A stretch of DNA of 64,000 nucleotides from an uncultured delta proteobacterium (GCA_963842085.1 CAWJET010000001.1:1920001-1984000), one strand, 5' to 3'. Shown: positions 44,294-54,070, counted from the first letter of the stretch. Notes: generated from the letters alone by a model not told the origin. Numbers and translations: made by a program.

Positions 44294-44862
44294 TCAGGGA
44301 CTTCCGCGCGATAGGACCCTGTACCTCGCGCAATCAACCAGGTGATCGTTGACCATCCCGGTCGCCTGCATCATCGCGTAGCAGATATGGTCGATCCGAC
44401 GAACTTGAACCCGCGCCCGATCAAGTCCTTGCTCATTGCGTCGGATTCGTCGGTCCGCGCTGGCACCTGCTTCAGCGCGCGCCACTGGTTGATCCGAGGC
44501 CGCCCGCCGACGAATCGCCAGATGTAATCGTCGAAGCTGCCGAACTCCTTCTGCACCGCCACAAATGCTTTCGCGTTGACGATCGTGGAATTGATCTTCA
44601 GCCGATTGCGGACGATTCCAACGTCCGCCAGCAGCCGCGTCACATCGCGCTCGCCGAACTTCGCGACTCGCCCCGGCTCGAATCCCTTGAACGCGCGCCG
44701 GTACGCCTCGCGCTTGCGCAGAATCGTGTCCCAGCTCAGCCCGGCCTGCGCCCCCTCGAGCGTGATAAACTCGAACCATCGCCGCTCGTCATGCACCGGC
44801 ACGCCCCACTCTTCATCGTGATAGCGAATCGCCAACTCGTTGCGCGCCCATCCGCACCGCAT
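44294..44862 (-). pseudogene. tag: DNA-3-methyladenine glycosylase I, frameshifted
   Basis: RCGW...YHDEEWG and QAGLSW; GFKFVGST continues as ICYAMMQATGMVNDH in another frame because of an AT duplication at 44385-44388. Confidence 0.85.
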
Positions 44863-44917
44863 CTCTTGAACCCCTTCGATAAGAGGAAGCTCAAACCAGA
44901 ATTATGGAGCCTCACTT

Positions 44918-45124
44918 GTCGTCCTGACCCAAGCGAGCAGCGTGCCGCAGTCTGTCATCCCGACGACGGGAGCGTTAGCGACGGGAGGAGGGACCTCGGA
45001 CAGCTTCGCGTCAGCGAAGCCGGTACCGGTTTTGAATCGCTGCCTCCGATTTTGTCATCCTGAGCGAAAGGTGCTGCAGCGAAAAATCCCGGATCCGGAT
45101 TCCTTCGCTGCGCTCAGGATGACA
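44918..45124. repeat. Cluster of REP-like family B elements
   Basis: Long unit at 44954-45030 and a hairpin with perfect 14-bp arms TGTCATCCTGAGCG...CGCTCAGGATGACA at 45053-45124. Confidence 0.85.
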
Positions 45125-45130
45125 CGAAGA

Positions 45131-46675
45131 CTACGCGCCGCTCGCGCTCTTGCGCTCCGGCTCCACTTCCGTTTTCTCCGCCGACTTTTCCGCGCATCGC
45201 CGCTTCAGCTCCGCGAACGCGTCATCGACGAACGCCTTCATCAGCGCCACGTCGGGCATCACGCGCGGGTCCGCCGTCATTCCGAAGTACAGACTCCTAT
45301 AGTAACTGAGTATTGCGACTGAATACCCCATCGTCGCGCCGAGCGGCACCAGCGGTATCATGTCCAGGCAGACGTGACCGTTGATGTATTGCGGCACCTG
45401 CACCCCGGGCACATTGGTCGCAATAAAATTTATCCCGAACGCGGGCAGCCCGAAGCCGTCCCGGCGCGGCTTCCAATCCGTCCACTTCGCCAGCCGTCCC
45501 GCGACGTCCATCATCGTGGTCGCCACGCGCGCCGCCGGCCCGACCATGCTCGGCGGAATCCCGTCGCTGAGCTGCATGATGGCTTCCAGAGCCTGCGCCG
45601 ACCCGGCCGCCTTGATTCGCTCGGTCTCTTCATTGATCAACTTCAGCCGCGCGACGATATCCATCGGCGCCGCCGGCGCGGTCGGGAACATCATCGAGAC
45701 CCGGTTGCCCAGCGAGCTTCTTTCGTCCTTGTGCCGCACGTTGACCGGACATCCGATGCACAGTTGCTGTCCCTCGACCGCGTACCCGTGATGCTCCAAA
45801 TAGCGCGCCGCGCCCTCGGTCAGCATGGCCAGTACCACGTCGTTGACCGATCCGCCGAAGGCCGATCTGATCGCGCGAAAGTCCGAGAACGATTGACGCG
45901 ACCACGCCACCACGCGGTCCTGCGTAACCGGCGTCGAGTTCCACGGCGTCGCCACTATCCGCCGCGTCGCCAGCTCCGTCATCACTCGCGACGCCTCCCC
46001 CAGTTGCCGCGCGCGCTCCGCCACCGATGCCGGGTCCTCGATCGCTTCGACCGCCGCGTTGATCGTCGAGTTGACCCTGCTCTGAATCTGATCGCGCACC
46101 GCCTCCGCGAATCGCCGGATCAGGCTCGACGGCCGCGCCGGCACCCACGGCTCCGGCGGCTGCGGAACATCGTCGGGCTCCGCGCGAAAGTCGTACATCA
46201 CTTTCAGCAGCTCGACCCCCGACACGCCGTCGACCAGGCAATGATGCACCTTCCACATCAGCGCCGTGCGATTCCCGTCCAGGTTGTGGAACGTGTGCAG
46301 CTCCCACAGCGGGCGCTTGCGGTCGAGCGGCTTCTGGTAGATGCGCATCATTTCCACCAGCGCTTCCCCTTCGCTCATCGCGTCGGGCAGCTCATGCAGA
46401 TGCATATGGTTATTGATCGCGAATTCCGGGTCATCCTCCATCATCGCGTGCGCCAGGTTCAGCGGCACCTCGCTCAGCCGCTGACGGTAGCGCGGCACCA
46501 GATGCATCCGTTCCTCGAAATGCCCCAGCAGCGAGTTGAAATCGACGCGCCCCTCGAACAGCCCGATCGATCCGATATGCAGCGGACCGCTTTGCGACTC
46601 GCCGTAGATAAAGGTCGCGTCCTGCGTCGACAACCGGTAGCTCGACGCGGATGGAAATGTTGATTGTTCGGCCAT
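45131..46675 (-). CDS. Wax ester synthase/diacylglycerol acyltransferase (WS/DGAT)
   Basis: HHCLVDG catalytic motif; SVNDVVL, LGNRVS and TNVPG. Confidence 0.9.
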   Translation of the reverse strand: MAEQSTFPSASSYRLSTQDATFIYGESQSGPLHIGSIGLFEGRVDFNSLLGHFEERMHLVPRYRQRLSEVPLNLAHAMMEDDPEFAINNHMHLHELPDAMSEGEALVEMMRIYQKPLDRKRPLWELHTFHNLDGNRTALMWKVHHCLVDGVSGVELLKVMYDFRAEPDDVPQPPEPWVPARPSSLIRRFAEAVRDQIQSRVNSTINAAVEAIEDPASVAERARQLGEASRVMTELATRRIVATPWNSTPVTQDRVVAWSRQSFSDFRAIRSAFGGSVNDVVLAMLTEGAARYLEHHGYAVEGQQLCIGCPVNVRHKDERSSLGNRVSMMFPTAPAAPMDIVARLKLINEETERIKAAGSAQALEAIMQLSDGIPPSMVGPAARVATTMMDVAGRLAKWTDWKPRRDGFGLPAFGINFIATNVPGVQVPQYINGHVCLDMIPLVPLGATMGYSVAILSYYRSLYFGMTADPRVMPDVALMKAFVDDAFAELKRRCAEKSAEKTEVEPERKSASGA

Positions 46676-46938
46676 TCTAACTCACCTCCGAGTGGGATCT
46701 TCCCTCGCTTGGGCGGCGGCGCGATGCCCCGTCCCAGTCGGGAAAACCTGGAAATGACAATGCCGCAGAGATGAAGAGTTTGGCAGGCATGCTCGCCGGA
46801 GTGCAAGCCAAATTTCACCGCCGCAACGCTTGCCCAGCCGCCCGCGCTGATCAAGGATAGCGGTCCGTGCCAGTTACGAGCGGCTTACGAGTAATGTCGA
46901 GCGCCACGCTTGCGCACAGCAGTTCGCCGGAGGTTCCA

Positions 46939-47520
46939 ATGCCCGAGCAGATCAAAACCAATCGCCCCTATCCAATTCAAATTAAACTGCGCGACGGCCA
47001 CACCGCCGTCATCCGCGTGATGGAACCCGACGACCTCGACAAGGTCCTCGAATTCGCCAAGGACCTCCCCGCCGACGACCTGCTCTTCCTCCGCCTCGAC
47101 ATCACCGATCGCAAAGTCGTCCAGCAATGGGTCGACAACATCAGGGATGGGCACACCATCACGCTGTTGGCCGAGATCGACGGCGACCTCGCCGCCTACG
47201 CCAGCGTCCACCTGGATCAGGCGCGATGGACCCGGCGCGTCGGCGAAATCCGGATCATGACCGCATCGCGTTACCGCGGCACCGGACTCGGCCGGCGCCT
47301 GGTCGCTGAAATATTCGATCTAGCGCGCTCCCTCGGGCTCAAAAAGATTACCGCCCAGATGACCACCGAGCAGACCGCCGCGCGCGCCGCCTTCGAGCAT
47401 CTGGGCTTTCAGGTCGAGGCGATGCTGTCGGACTGGGTCGAGGACCGCCGCGGCCGCTCCCGCGACCTGTTGATCATGACCCACGACGTAACCGGCTTCT
47501 CCGACCGCGTCGTCGCCTGA
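46939..47520 (+). CDS. GNAT acetyltransferase
   Basis: LRDG, RYRGTGLG and FEHLGF motifs; GGAGG RBS. Confidence 0.8.
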   Translation: MPEQIKTNRPYPIQIKLRDGHTAVIRVMEPDDLDKVLEFAKDLPADDLLFLRLDITDRKVVQQWVDNIRDGHTITLLAEIDGDLAAYASVHLDQARWTRRVGEIRIMTASRYRGTGLGRRLVAEIFDLARSLGLKKITAQMTTEQTAARAAFEHLGFQVEAMLSDWVEDRRGRSRDLLIMTHDVTGFSDRVVA

Positions 47521-47614
47521 GGCAGCCGGCCCGGCGGCGCGAGCGCTCTTCGCCCTATCCCTTCTAACAGGGCGAAGCCCGCATCCCGCGGCGGTGCCGA
47601 TTCTCTTTAACACT

Positions 47615-47679
47615 GGGTGCAGGGGCTGGCCCCGGCCGAAGGAAGTGTGAAACCCACCGCGGGGTTCACCTCAAATCAA
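47615..47679. repeat. REP-like family A, full copy
   Basis: GGGTGCAGGGG...GCCGAAGGAAGTGTGAAACCCACCGCGGGGTTCAC...AATCAA, near-identical to the copy at 25893. Confidence 0.85.
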
Positions 47680-48233
47680 CCTGTTGTTCCTGGGTCTGGC
47701 GCTTGGCGTCGGCGACGATTCGCTCGATCGGGGTTAGGGGGCGCTCTTGTGGCTTGTCCGGCCCTACAGGTTCCGGGATCCGGTTCTTGGCGTCGGCGAC
47801 GATTTTGTCAAGCGCACTTTGTGGCTGCGGTTGTTCCTTGTCCGGCGAGTTTTGCCGCTCGGGAGCCTGTTCTAGCTGCGTTCCATCGCGCCAGTAGGAT
47901 TGATATCCGATAAAGCCGTCCGGGCCGTACTCGATTTCGGCGGGGCCGTCTTCCCTATGGAGTTTGCCGTTGCGGCAATATTCTTCAAACCTAGAGCCGT
48001 CGGCTTGGCGCTCGACGACCGCCGGCCCGTCGTCGCGGTGTTGTTGGCCGTCGCGGAACCAGTGTTCGGTCGAGTATTCGCCGTCGGGCTCATGGTGGAT
48101 GCGGGCCGCTCCGTCTTTCTCGGTGAAGCTTGTCGGCCTGGTACCAGCTTTCATAGGTGACGAATCCGTCTTCGGCGCGCTCGGTCCAGGCGGGCCCGTC
48201 GTCGCGATGAAGTGCGGCCGACCGCTTTCGCAC
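47666..48233 (-). pseudogene. Frameshifted, probably 5'-truncated repeat protein (HR[DE]DG[PA]A repeats)
   Basis: Four LHRDDGPA-type repeats spread over two frames; one extra base in the T-run at 48116-48118. Confidence 0.6.
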
Positions 48234-48460
48234 TAGAGGAACTGACTATCGCCGAAGAGAGCTTGATAGCCGCGCTGGTGAAGAAAGCGGTCAGCTGAGC
48301 CGCCACAAGAAAGCCTGCTCCGATTTCTGATTCCAATGGCTCCGTACCCGCGAGCCATCGCGCGTTCCATCAGTTGGAGTCACCGGAATGTGCCAGTTAT
48401 CACCCGGTTTCGAAGTAACGGAAAGGTTAACTGTCCAACTGGGCCTCGACTAATCACCGT

Positions 48461-49171
48461 TCACTTTTCCGCGGCCGCTATGTAGAGACCCGCTCTCCCA
48501 ATCACGGGCGTCGGGGCAGTCGTGCACTCGACTTCCAGTGACGAGACCAGGTTCTCCAAATGGCTCCAGGGCTTGTTGAAACCCTCGAAGGTGGTCACGA
48601 AGTCTTTAGCACCCCGCCAAGTTCTCCAATTGGTGATGGGATGCCACCACGGAGTCCATTTCACGCCGATCGCGGCGATGCGTCCACCAGGCTTTAAGTC
48701 TTCGATCACGTTCCGCAACGCCGACGGAGTACGCATTATATCGTGAGTGAAGGAAAACAGCGCGGCGTCCGCCACAAAAGGTATCTCAGCGTCCTCGACT
48801 GGCGTGTTGATCAGCAGAACGTTGCTCCATCCGCGGCTCTCTACCAGCGCTCGTGCCGCGGCCAGTTGCTCTGGACTCTGCTCGATACCGATGATTCTTC
48901 CCTTGGCGCCGACTCTGTTTTCGAGCTCGGCGAAACTCCGGCCAGCTCCGCATCCTACGTCCAAGACAGTGTCGCCAGTCGTGAGTCGAAGGCTGGCTAT
49001 GCATCGTTCACTCAACTGGAGGAATTCCTCGAACCTTCTCTGCCAAACTGGACCACCGGTTGTTCGTCGATCGTAAACCGCCCGGACGCGTTCTGATCGA
49101 TACTTTTGCAATGCAGATTGCCGACTGGGCATGACGCCTCTCAGTAATTTTGCTGCGCGGCTGCGAATCAT
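48461..49171 (-). CDS. Class I SAM-dependent methyltransferase, atypical codon usage
   Basis: VLDVGCGAG, GIE and LKPGGR motifs; start uncertain. Confidence 0.78.
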   Translation of the reverse strand: MIRSRAAKLLRGVMPSRQSALQKYRSERVRAVYDRRTTGGPVWQRRFEEFLQLSERCIASLRLTTGDTVLDVGCGAGRSFAELENRVGAKGRIIGIEQSPEQLAAARALVESRGWSNVLLINTPVEDAEIPFVADAALFSFTHDIMRTPSALRNVIEDLKPGGRIAAIGVKWTPWWHPITNWRTWRGAKDFVTTFEGFNKPWSHLENLVSSLEVECTTAPTPVIGRAGLYIAAAEK

Positions 49172-49225
49172 TTTGCTATCGTCACAATAGCTTCACATCA
49201 AATCAGGTGATTTGCCCTTCCCCTG

Positions 49226-50269
49226 CTACTGCGTCACCACCAATATCCTGAACGTCCCCGGCACCGGCACCGGCCGCGGATGCGCCGCGGTACTGCCCGG
49301 CGCAAACTTGAGGTCCGCCGTCGGCAGGTAAATCATCTCGCCGGTGGAATCCACCGCCATCGTCCGCGCCCCCAGCGCGGTCCTCACCACCTGCGCCAGT
49401 TCGAACTTGTCCGCCGACACTTCGCGAATAATCGTCAACGTCCCGTCGCCGCAGCTCGCGAATGCCAGCCCGCCGCGGAATGCGCTCGCGTCGACGTAGG
49501 CGCCGATCGGAAACTCGGCCACGATCTTTCCGTCATCGGCGTTCATCACGACCAGCTTGTTGTTTCGACAGCCGATAAACAGCCGCCGCGTCGCACGGTC
49601 CATCGAGATCGCCGTCGGCGCCATCCCCGGCGCGGTCGGCCATCGCGCGACCACCTTCATCGCCTTCGTATCGACCACGGCCACCTCGTCCTTGTCCACG
49701 ATATTGACGAACACCTTGCCCTTCCCATCGGCGACCGCGAACTCCGGCTTGCCACCCAAATCAACCGTCGCCGCCGCTTTGCCGCCGGCCGGATTCACGT
49801 CGGGTGCTAAAGCCACCATCTGATGCGCGTCGCCGCAGAAAACCAGCACGCGATTACTGGCGCGGTCATAGATGATCCCGTCGGCGTCATCGGCCGCCGC
49901 CACCTTGCCGAGGCTCGCGCGGGTCTTCAAATCGAAGATCTGCACCGCGCCGGCCTTGCCGTCACTGATAAATCCGCGCCCCGCGTCGGGCACCAGCACC
50001 ACGCCATGCGCTCCCTGCTGCCCGCCGATATCTGCCAGCAGCTTTCCCGACGCCACGTCCACCACCATCGTATGCGTCGTGCGGGTGACGTAGAGCACCC
50101 GCCCGTCGGCTTTGAGCGTCGCGTAGTCCCATCCGCCCTCGCCGCCGACCGCAACAGTCGCGGCCACCCGGTAAGCATTCGGCCCCGTATCCGCCGCCAT
50201 CGCCGCGCCCGCTGCAACCGCCACCCCAACAATCACCAAACCGGAAAGTCGAACAAGATAATTTTTCAT
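49226..50269 (-). CDS. Secreted YncE/YVTN-like beta-propeller protein
   Basis: Signal peptide; GGEGGWDY, HGVVL, GKPEFAVADG and GARTMAVD motifs. Confidence 0.82.
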   Translation of the reverse strand: MKNYLVRLSGLVIVGVAVAAGAAMAADTGPNAYRVAATVAVGGEGGWDYATLKADGRVLYVTRTTHTMVVDVASGKLLADIGGQQGAHGVVLVPDAGRGFISDGKAGAVQIFDLKTRASLGKVAAADDADGIIYDRASNRVLVFCGDAHQMVALAPDVNPAGGKAAATVDLGGKPEFAVADGKGKVFVNIVDKDEVAVVDTKAMKVVARWPTAPGMAPTAISMDRATRRLFIGCRNNKLVVMNADDGKIVAEFPIGAYVDASAFRGGLAFASCGDGTLTIIREVSADKFELAQVVRTALGARTMAVDSTGEMIYLPTADLKFAPGSTAAHPRPVPVPGTFRILVVTQ

Positions 50270-50305
50270 ATGCCTTTTGTGTCATCCCGAGCCTTTCGAC
50301 CTCGC

Positions 50306-50662
50306 TCAGGACGCGACCCATCCAAGTTGCCGAAACGATCCGTCGGCCTCGCACTGCAACTCGACCACCCGCACCACCGCATCGACATTCAACTCTCCAT
50401 ACAGATGAGGAAACAACTCGCCCGCCGACTCGCCACGCGCCATCGTCGGCGCCTCATATTTCAATTCCGCCTTCAGCCGCGACTCGTCAATGCACAACAC
50501 GACCAGGCCGTCGCGCCCACGATAAAACCGGTTGGCAGTATCGATCACCTGCGCAAGCGTCGAGCAATGGATAAACCCCTCCACCCGCAAACTCTCCGGC
50601 GCATAACTCCCGCGCCCGACGGCCTCCGTCCACTCACTCCGCTTGACTATATGAAGGATCAT
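50306..50662 (-). CDS. DUF952 family protein
   Basis: ILHI, EGFIHCST and FPHLYG motifs. Confidence 0.88.
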   Translation of the reverse strand: MILHIVKRSEWTEAVGRGSYAPESLRVEGFIHCSTLAQVIDTANRFYRGRDGLVVLCIDESRLKAELKYEAPTMARGESAGELFPHLYGELNVDAVVRVVELQCEADGSFRQLGWVAS

Positions 50663-50684
50663 CGCACCCGCCCACGAATACCCG

Positions 50685-51018
50685 CGAAAGAACTTGATTG
50701 TAGTGGAACCCGCCGTCGGTTCCACACCTCCCTCGGCAGGGGTCACCTCCTTCGGCTTCGCTCAGGACAGGCTCTGCACCCGGTGCTGAGAAAGGATGCG
50801 GTCGGAGTTTACCCGACAGTTTGTGAGGAATTGGTTGCCATCGGAGCACTGGCGCCAAGTCATCAGAGGCAGAATCTTGAATCGCGCGCAAAAGAGCGCG
50901 CTGAATAAGGACCCTCACCTTAATCCTCTCCCTTGCAGGGAGAGGAAATTAACGCGCGTTGCTGGCGCAAAAGAGGTGTGGAACCCGCGGCGGGTTCCAC
51001 TACAATCACGTTCTTTCG
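50685..51018. repeat. REPIN-like inverted doublet of family A with nested family B and C fragments
   Basis: Arms 50685-50730 and 50973-51018 are reverse complements over 46 bp with 3 mismatches. Confidence 0.85.
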
Positions 51019-51944
51019 TTCCCCCGGCTTAGGCGCGCATCGATGCGCGTCGAATTGCCCAGCAGCATCTCGGCGATCGCTGTCAGATCGTTATCGTCGT
51101 AGTAATCGATTTCGATTCTTCCCGGGCTCCGGCCGCGGCGCTTGAAAATTCTGACCTTGCGCTTGAGCGCGCGTTGCAGGCCTTCGGCGAGTGCGTTCAG
51201 ATTGGCATCGGCGGCGGAGCGCGATGCGCCGCTCTTCGACGCGCGTGGGCGACTCGCCGTTGCCATTTCTTCGGCGCCGCGCGCCGAGAGTCCGACCGCC
51301 GCGATTCGCCGCGCCGCCGATAGCTGCGCCTCGGCGGATTTCAGACCCAGCAGCGGGCGCGCCTGTCCTGCCGAGAGTTCTCCCTTCGCGATCATAGTCA
51401 GAATCGGCTGCGGCAGTTCGAGCAATCGAAGCGCGTTGCTGACGTAGGGGCGGCTCTTGCCGACGCGCGCCGCGATTTCGTCCTGGGTCAGCTCGAAATG
51501 GTCGACCAGCCGGAAAAACGCGAGCCCTTCTTCGACCGCATTCAGATCCTCGCGCACGATATTCTCGACCAGCGACATCTCGAGCGCCGCGCGATCGTCG
51601 AGCTCGCGCACCACCACCGGCACCGCTTCCAGACCCGCCGCGCGCGCCGCCCGCAGCCGCCGCTCGCCCGCGATCAGCTCGTAGCGCGGCCCATCGGGCT
51701 CCGCCGCGCCGATTCGCCGCACGATCAGCGGCTCGATAATTCCCTGGCTCTGGATCGCGCGCGTCAGTTCGGCCAGCCGCTCCTTGTCGAAGTTTATCCG
51801 CGGCTGAAAAGGACCCGCCGTGATACTCCCGACCGGCGCCATCCTGAATTGCGCGCCGCTGCTGACTTCGGCGCCGGCTTCAATTTCCGCCGCCACGTTG
51901 CCGATCAGCGCATCGAGCCCTCGTCCCAATGGTTTCCGCATCAT
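51006..51944 (-). CDS. parB: Chromosome partition protein ParB/Spo0J
   Basis: LGRGLDAL, QPR, IAGERRLRAA, ENIVREDL and HTH GKSRPYVSNALRLL. Confidence 0.95.
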   Translation of the reverse strand: MMRKPLGRGLDALIGNVAAEIEAGAEVSSGAQFRMAPVGSITAGPFQPRINFDKERLAELTRAIQSQGIIEPLIVRRIGAAEPDGPRYELIAGERRLRAARAAGLEAVPVVVRELDDRAALEMSLVENIVREDLNAVEEGLAFFRLVDHFELTQDEIAARVGKSRPYVSNALRLLELPQPILTMIAKGELSAGQARPLLGLKSAEAQLSAARRIAAVGLSARGAEEMATASRPRASKSGASRSAADANLNALAEGLQRALKRKVRIFKRRGRSPGRIEIDYYDDNDLTAIAEMLLGNSTRIDARLSRGNERT

Positions 51945-52015
51945 CCTGGCAGTCCTCTGTGCTTTCGATCGTTTTCGCCTTTCGATCCGCACCGCTCAGC
52001 ATCGCGCTCGACGCG

Positions 52016-52045
52016 GGGAACCCACGGTGGGTTCCACATTCAATC
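52016..52045. repeat. REP-like family A, right hairpin only, overlapping the parA stop
   Basis: GGGAACCCACGGTGGGTTCCACATTCAATC. Confidence 0.75.
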
Positions 52046-52834
52046 AGTTCCCGTTCCATTCTGTTCACGCGCAATTATCTCCGCGGCGAGCGCGCGGTAG
52101 CCTTCGGCGCCGGCCGACCTCGGCCCGTACTCGAGCACGGACAGTCCATGGCTCGGACTTTCCGACATCCGCACGCTGCGCGGAATCACGCTGCGAAAAA
52201 CTTTTTCAGGAAAATGCTTTCGCACCTCGTCCGAGATTTCGTGACTGAGGCGATTGCGCGAGTCGAACATCGTGAGCACCAGGCCCTCGAGCTCGAGCGC
52301 CGGCCTGAGCGCCGCTTTGACCTTGTTGATCGTGCCGAGCAACGCGCTCAGACCCTCGAGCGCGTAGTACTCACACTGCATCGGCACCAGCACGGAGTCC
52401 GCCGCGACGAGCGCGTTGAGCGTGAGGATTCCGAGCGAGGGCGGCGTATCGATTAGAACATAGTTATATTCTTCTCGCAGCGGCTCCAGGAGCGCACGCA
52501 CGCGTCGCTCGCGACCTTCCATCGTCACCAGCTCGATCTCGGCGCCGACCAGGTCGTCGCCCGCCGGCGCCAGCGACAGCATCGGCCGCACCTGCCGGAG
52601 GATTTCCGCGATCGCCAGGCCGCCGACAATCGCCTGGTAGATGGTCTTGCCCTCGTGGCGCGCAGCGGCGACGTCCTCCGGCGTACTGATCCCGGAAGTG
52701 GCGTTCCCCTGCGGATCGAGGTCAACGAGCAGCACGCGCCGCCCCGTATCGGCCAACGCGACCGCAAGGTTGATAGCCGTCGTAGTCTTGCCGACGCCGC
52801 CTTTCTGATTGGCTATTGCGATTACCCGCCCCAC
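52040..52834 (-). CDS. parA: Chromosome partition ATPase ParA/Soj
   Basis: NQKGGVGKTT, DLDPQGNAT, DTPPSLG, QCEYYALEG and ESPSHG; GTG start. Confidence 0.95.
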   Translation of the reverse strand: MGRVIAIANQKGGVGKTTTAINLAVALADTGRRVLLVDLDPQGNATSGISTPEDVAAARHEGKTIYQAIVGGLAIAEILRQVRPMLSLAPAGDDLVGAEIELVTMEGRERRVRALLEPLREEYNYVLIDTPPSLGILTLNALVAADSVLVPMQCEYYALEGLSALLGTINKVKAALRPALELEGLVLTMFDSRNRLSHEISDEVRKHFPEKVFRSVIPRSVRMSESPSHGLSVLEYGPRSAGAEGYRALAAEIIAREQNGTGTD

Positions 52835-52904
52835 AACCTGCCCCGGCAGGGACTTGCCCCTGCACCCTCGCAAAGAAGAGACCTGGACCCGGACCGCACT
52901 CAGA

Positions 52905-52920
52905 CGTTTCACGTGAAACG
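52905..52920. promoter_or_regulatory. parS site 1
   Basis: CGTTTCACGTGAAACG palindrome matching the parS consensus. Confidence 0.92.
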
Positions 52921-53015
52921 TCCCCGCAACCATTAAATCCCCGCGATCGCAAAAGATCAAATCGCGCGATCAGATTTGCACAAATGATTGAATTTATTGA
53001 GTTTTCGCGATTAAA

Positions 53016-53031
53016 CGTTTCACGTGAAACG
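53016..53031. promoter_or_regulatory. parS site 2
   Basis: CGTTTCACGTGAAACG. Confidence 0.92.
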
Positions 53032-53089
53032 TTCCTCAAACGCGGAAGAGAGCCGCTTTTCTTTTTCATTGGGTGCAGGGGTCACCCCT

Positions 53090-53105
53090 GCTTTCACGTG
53101 AAACG
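53090..53105. promoter_or_regulatory. parS site 3, imperfect and fused to the family A hairpin at 53071-53091
   Basis: GCTTTCACGTGAAACG. Confidence 0.8.
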
Positions 53106-53135
53106 TCGGATGCTGCCAGCTAGCACTGCTCGTTC

Positions 53136-53213
53136 GTCATCCTGACGATGCGAGCAGCGCGAGCTGAGGAAGGATCTCGGACAGCTTCGCGTCAGCGAAG
53201 CCGGTTCCGGTCT
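53136..53213. repeat. REP-like family B long unit
   Basis: Similar to 18897-18973 and 44954-45030. Confidence 0.8.
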
Positions 53214-53263
53214 CGAGATCGCGGAGCGGTGCTTACTAAGGAGTAACCGGTCACCCCTGCCTG

Positions 53264-54013
53264 CTAGCGGCGGGTCCAGGTGGCGACGGCGCGGCGCATC
53301 ACATTGCGGCCGTGGCGCAAATCGTATCCGGCCACAGACCCATCGACCAGCCCCGCCGCCGAGGCGGCAACGACACTGGCGGCATCGTCGAACTTCTGGT
53401 CGGCGCTGACGTAGAGCATCAGCACGCCCCCCTGATGCAAAGCCCTACCGGCAATCTCGAAAATGCCGGCAGGATTGCCGACTGCGCGCGCCGTCACGAG
53501 GTCGAACCGGTCCCGAACGTCGAGCGATTCGGCGCGCGCGCATTCGACGTGGACGTTGCGCAGTCCCATCTCGACGGCGACCTCGCTGAGAAACGTCGCC
53601 CGCTTGCGGCGCGCCTCGACTAGAGTCACCTGAGCGTTGATCGCGGCGGCAATCACGAGGCCGGGGAAACCGGCGCCGCTGCCGATATCCAGGAAGCGGC
53701 GCTCGCGATCGAGCCGCGTGTTGAGCCGCAGGATCTTCGAGCTGACCGCAATCGAGACCGGGATAATACTGTCGAAGACGTGGAACACGATCTCGTCTGG
53801 GTCCCGCGGATGCGCCGTCAGGTTGATCTTCGTGCCCCACAGCGCGAGCGTCGCCGCCATCCGCTCGATCCGGCCCAGGAACTCGACGGTGTTGGCGACC
53901 ACCCCAGTCGCCGCGATCGCAGGGGCAAGCTGAGCGCGCACCGCGGCGGCAATCTCGTCGGGAGTGGCCGCCTTTTTCTTTTTCGGCGGCCGCGCCTTAG
54001 CCTTATGTTTCAC
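53264..54013 (-). CDS. rsmG: 16S rRNA m7G527 methyltransferase
   Basis: INLTA, HVFDS, LDIGSGAGFPG and TARA motifs; lies between mnmG and parA. Confidence 0.92.
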   Translation of the reverse strand: MKHKAKARPPKKKKAATPDEIAAAVRAQLAPAIAATGVVANTVEFLGRIERMAATLALWGTKINLTAHPRDPDEIVFHVFDSIIPVSIAVSSKILRLNTRLDRERRFLDIGSGAGFPGLVIAAAINAQVTLVEARRKRATFLSEVAVEMGLRNVHVECARAESLDVRDRFDLVTARAVGNPAGIFEIAGRALHQGGVLMLYVSADQKFDDAASVVAASAAGLVDGSVAGYDLRHGRNVMRRAVATWTRR

Positions 54014-54021
54014 GTGAAACG
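54006..54021. promoter_or_regulatory. parS site 4, overlapping the putative rsmG start
   Basis: TGTTTCACGTGAAACG. Confidence 0.9.
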
Positions 54022-54070
54022 TCCGTGATCAGCCGAATTACCCGCTAAATTCCTAGGTTATTTTCCAAAA

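Noticed and set aside
48151-48336. 61-aa ORF and opposite-strand fragment ALEELTIAEESLIAALVKKAVS
   Set aside because: Too short and unassignable; likely debris within the islet.
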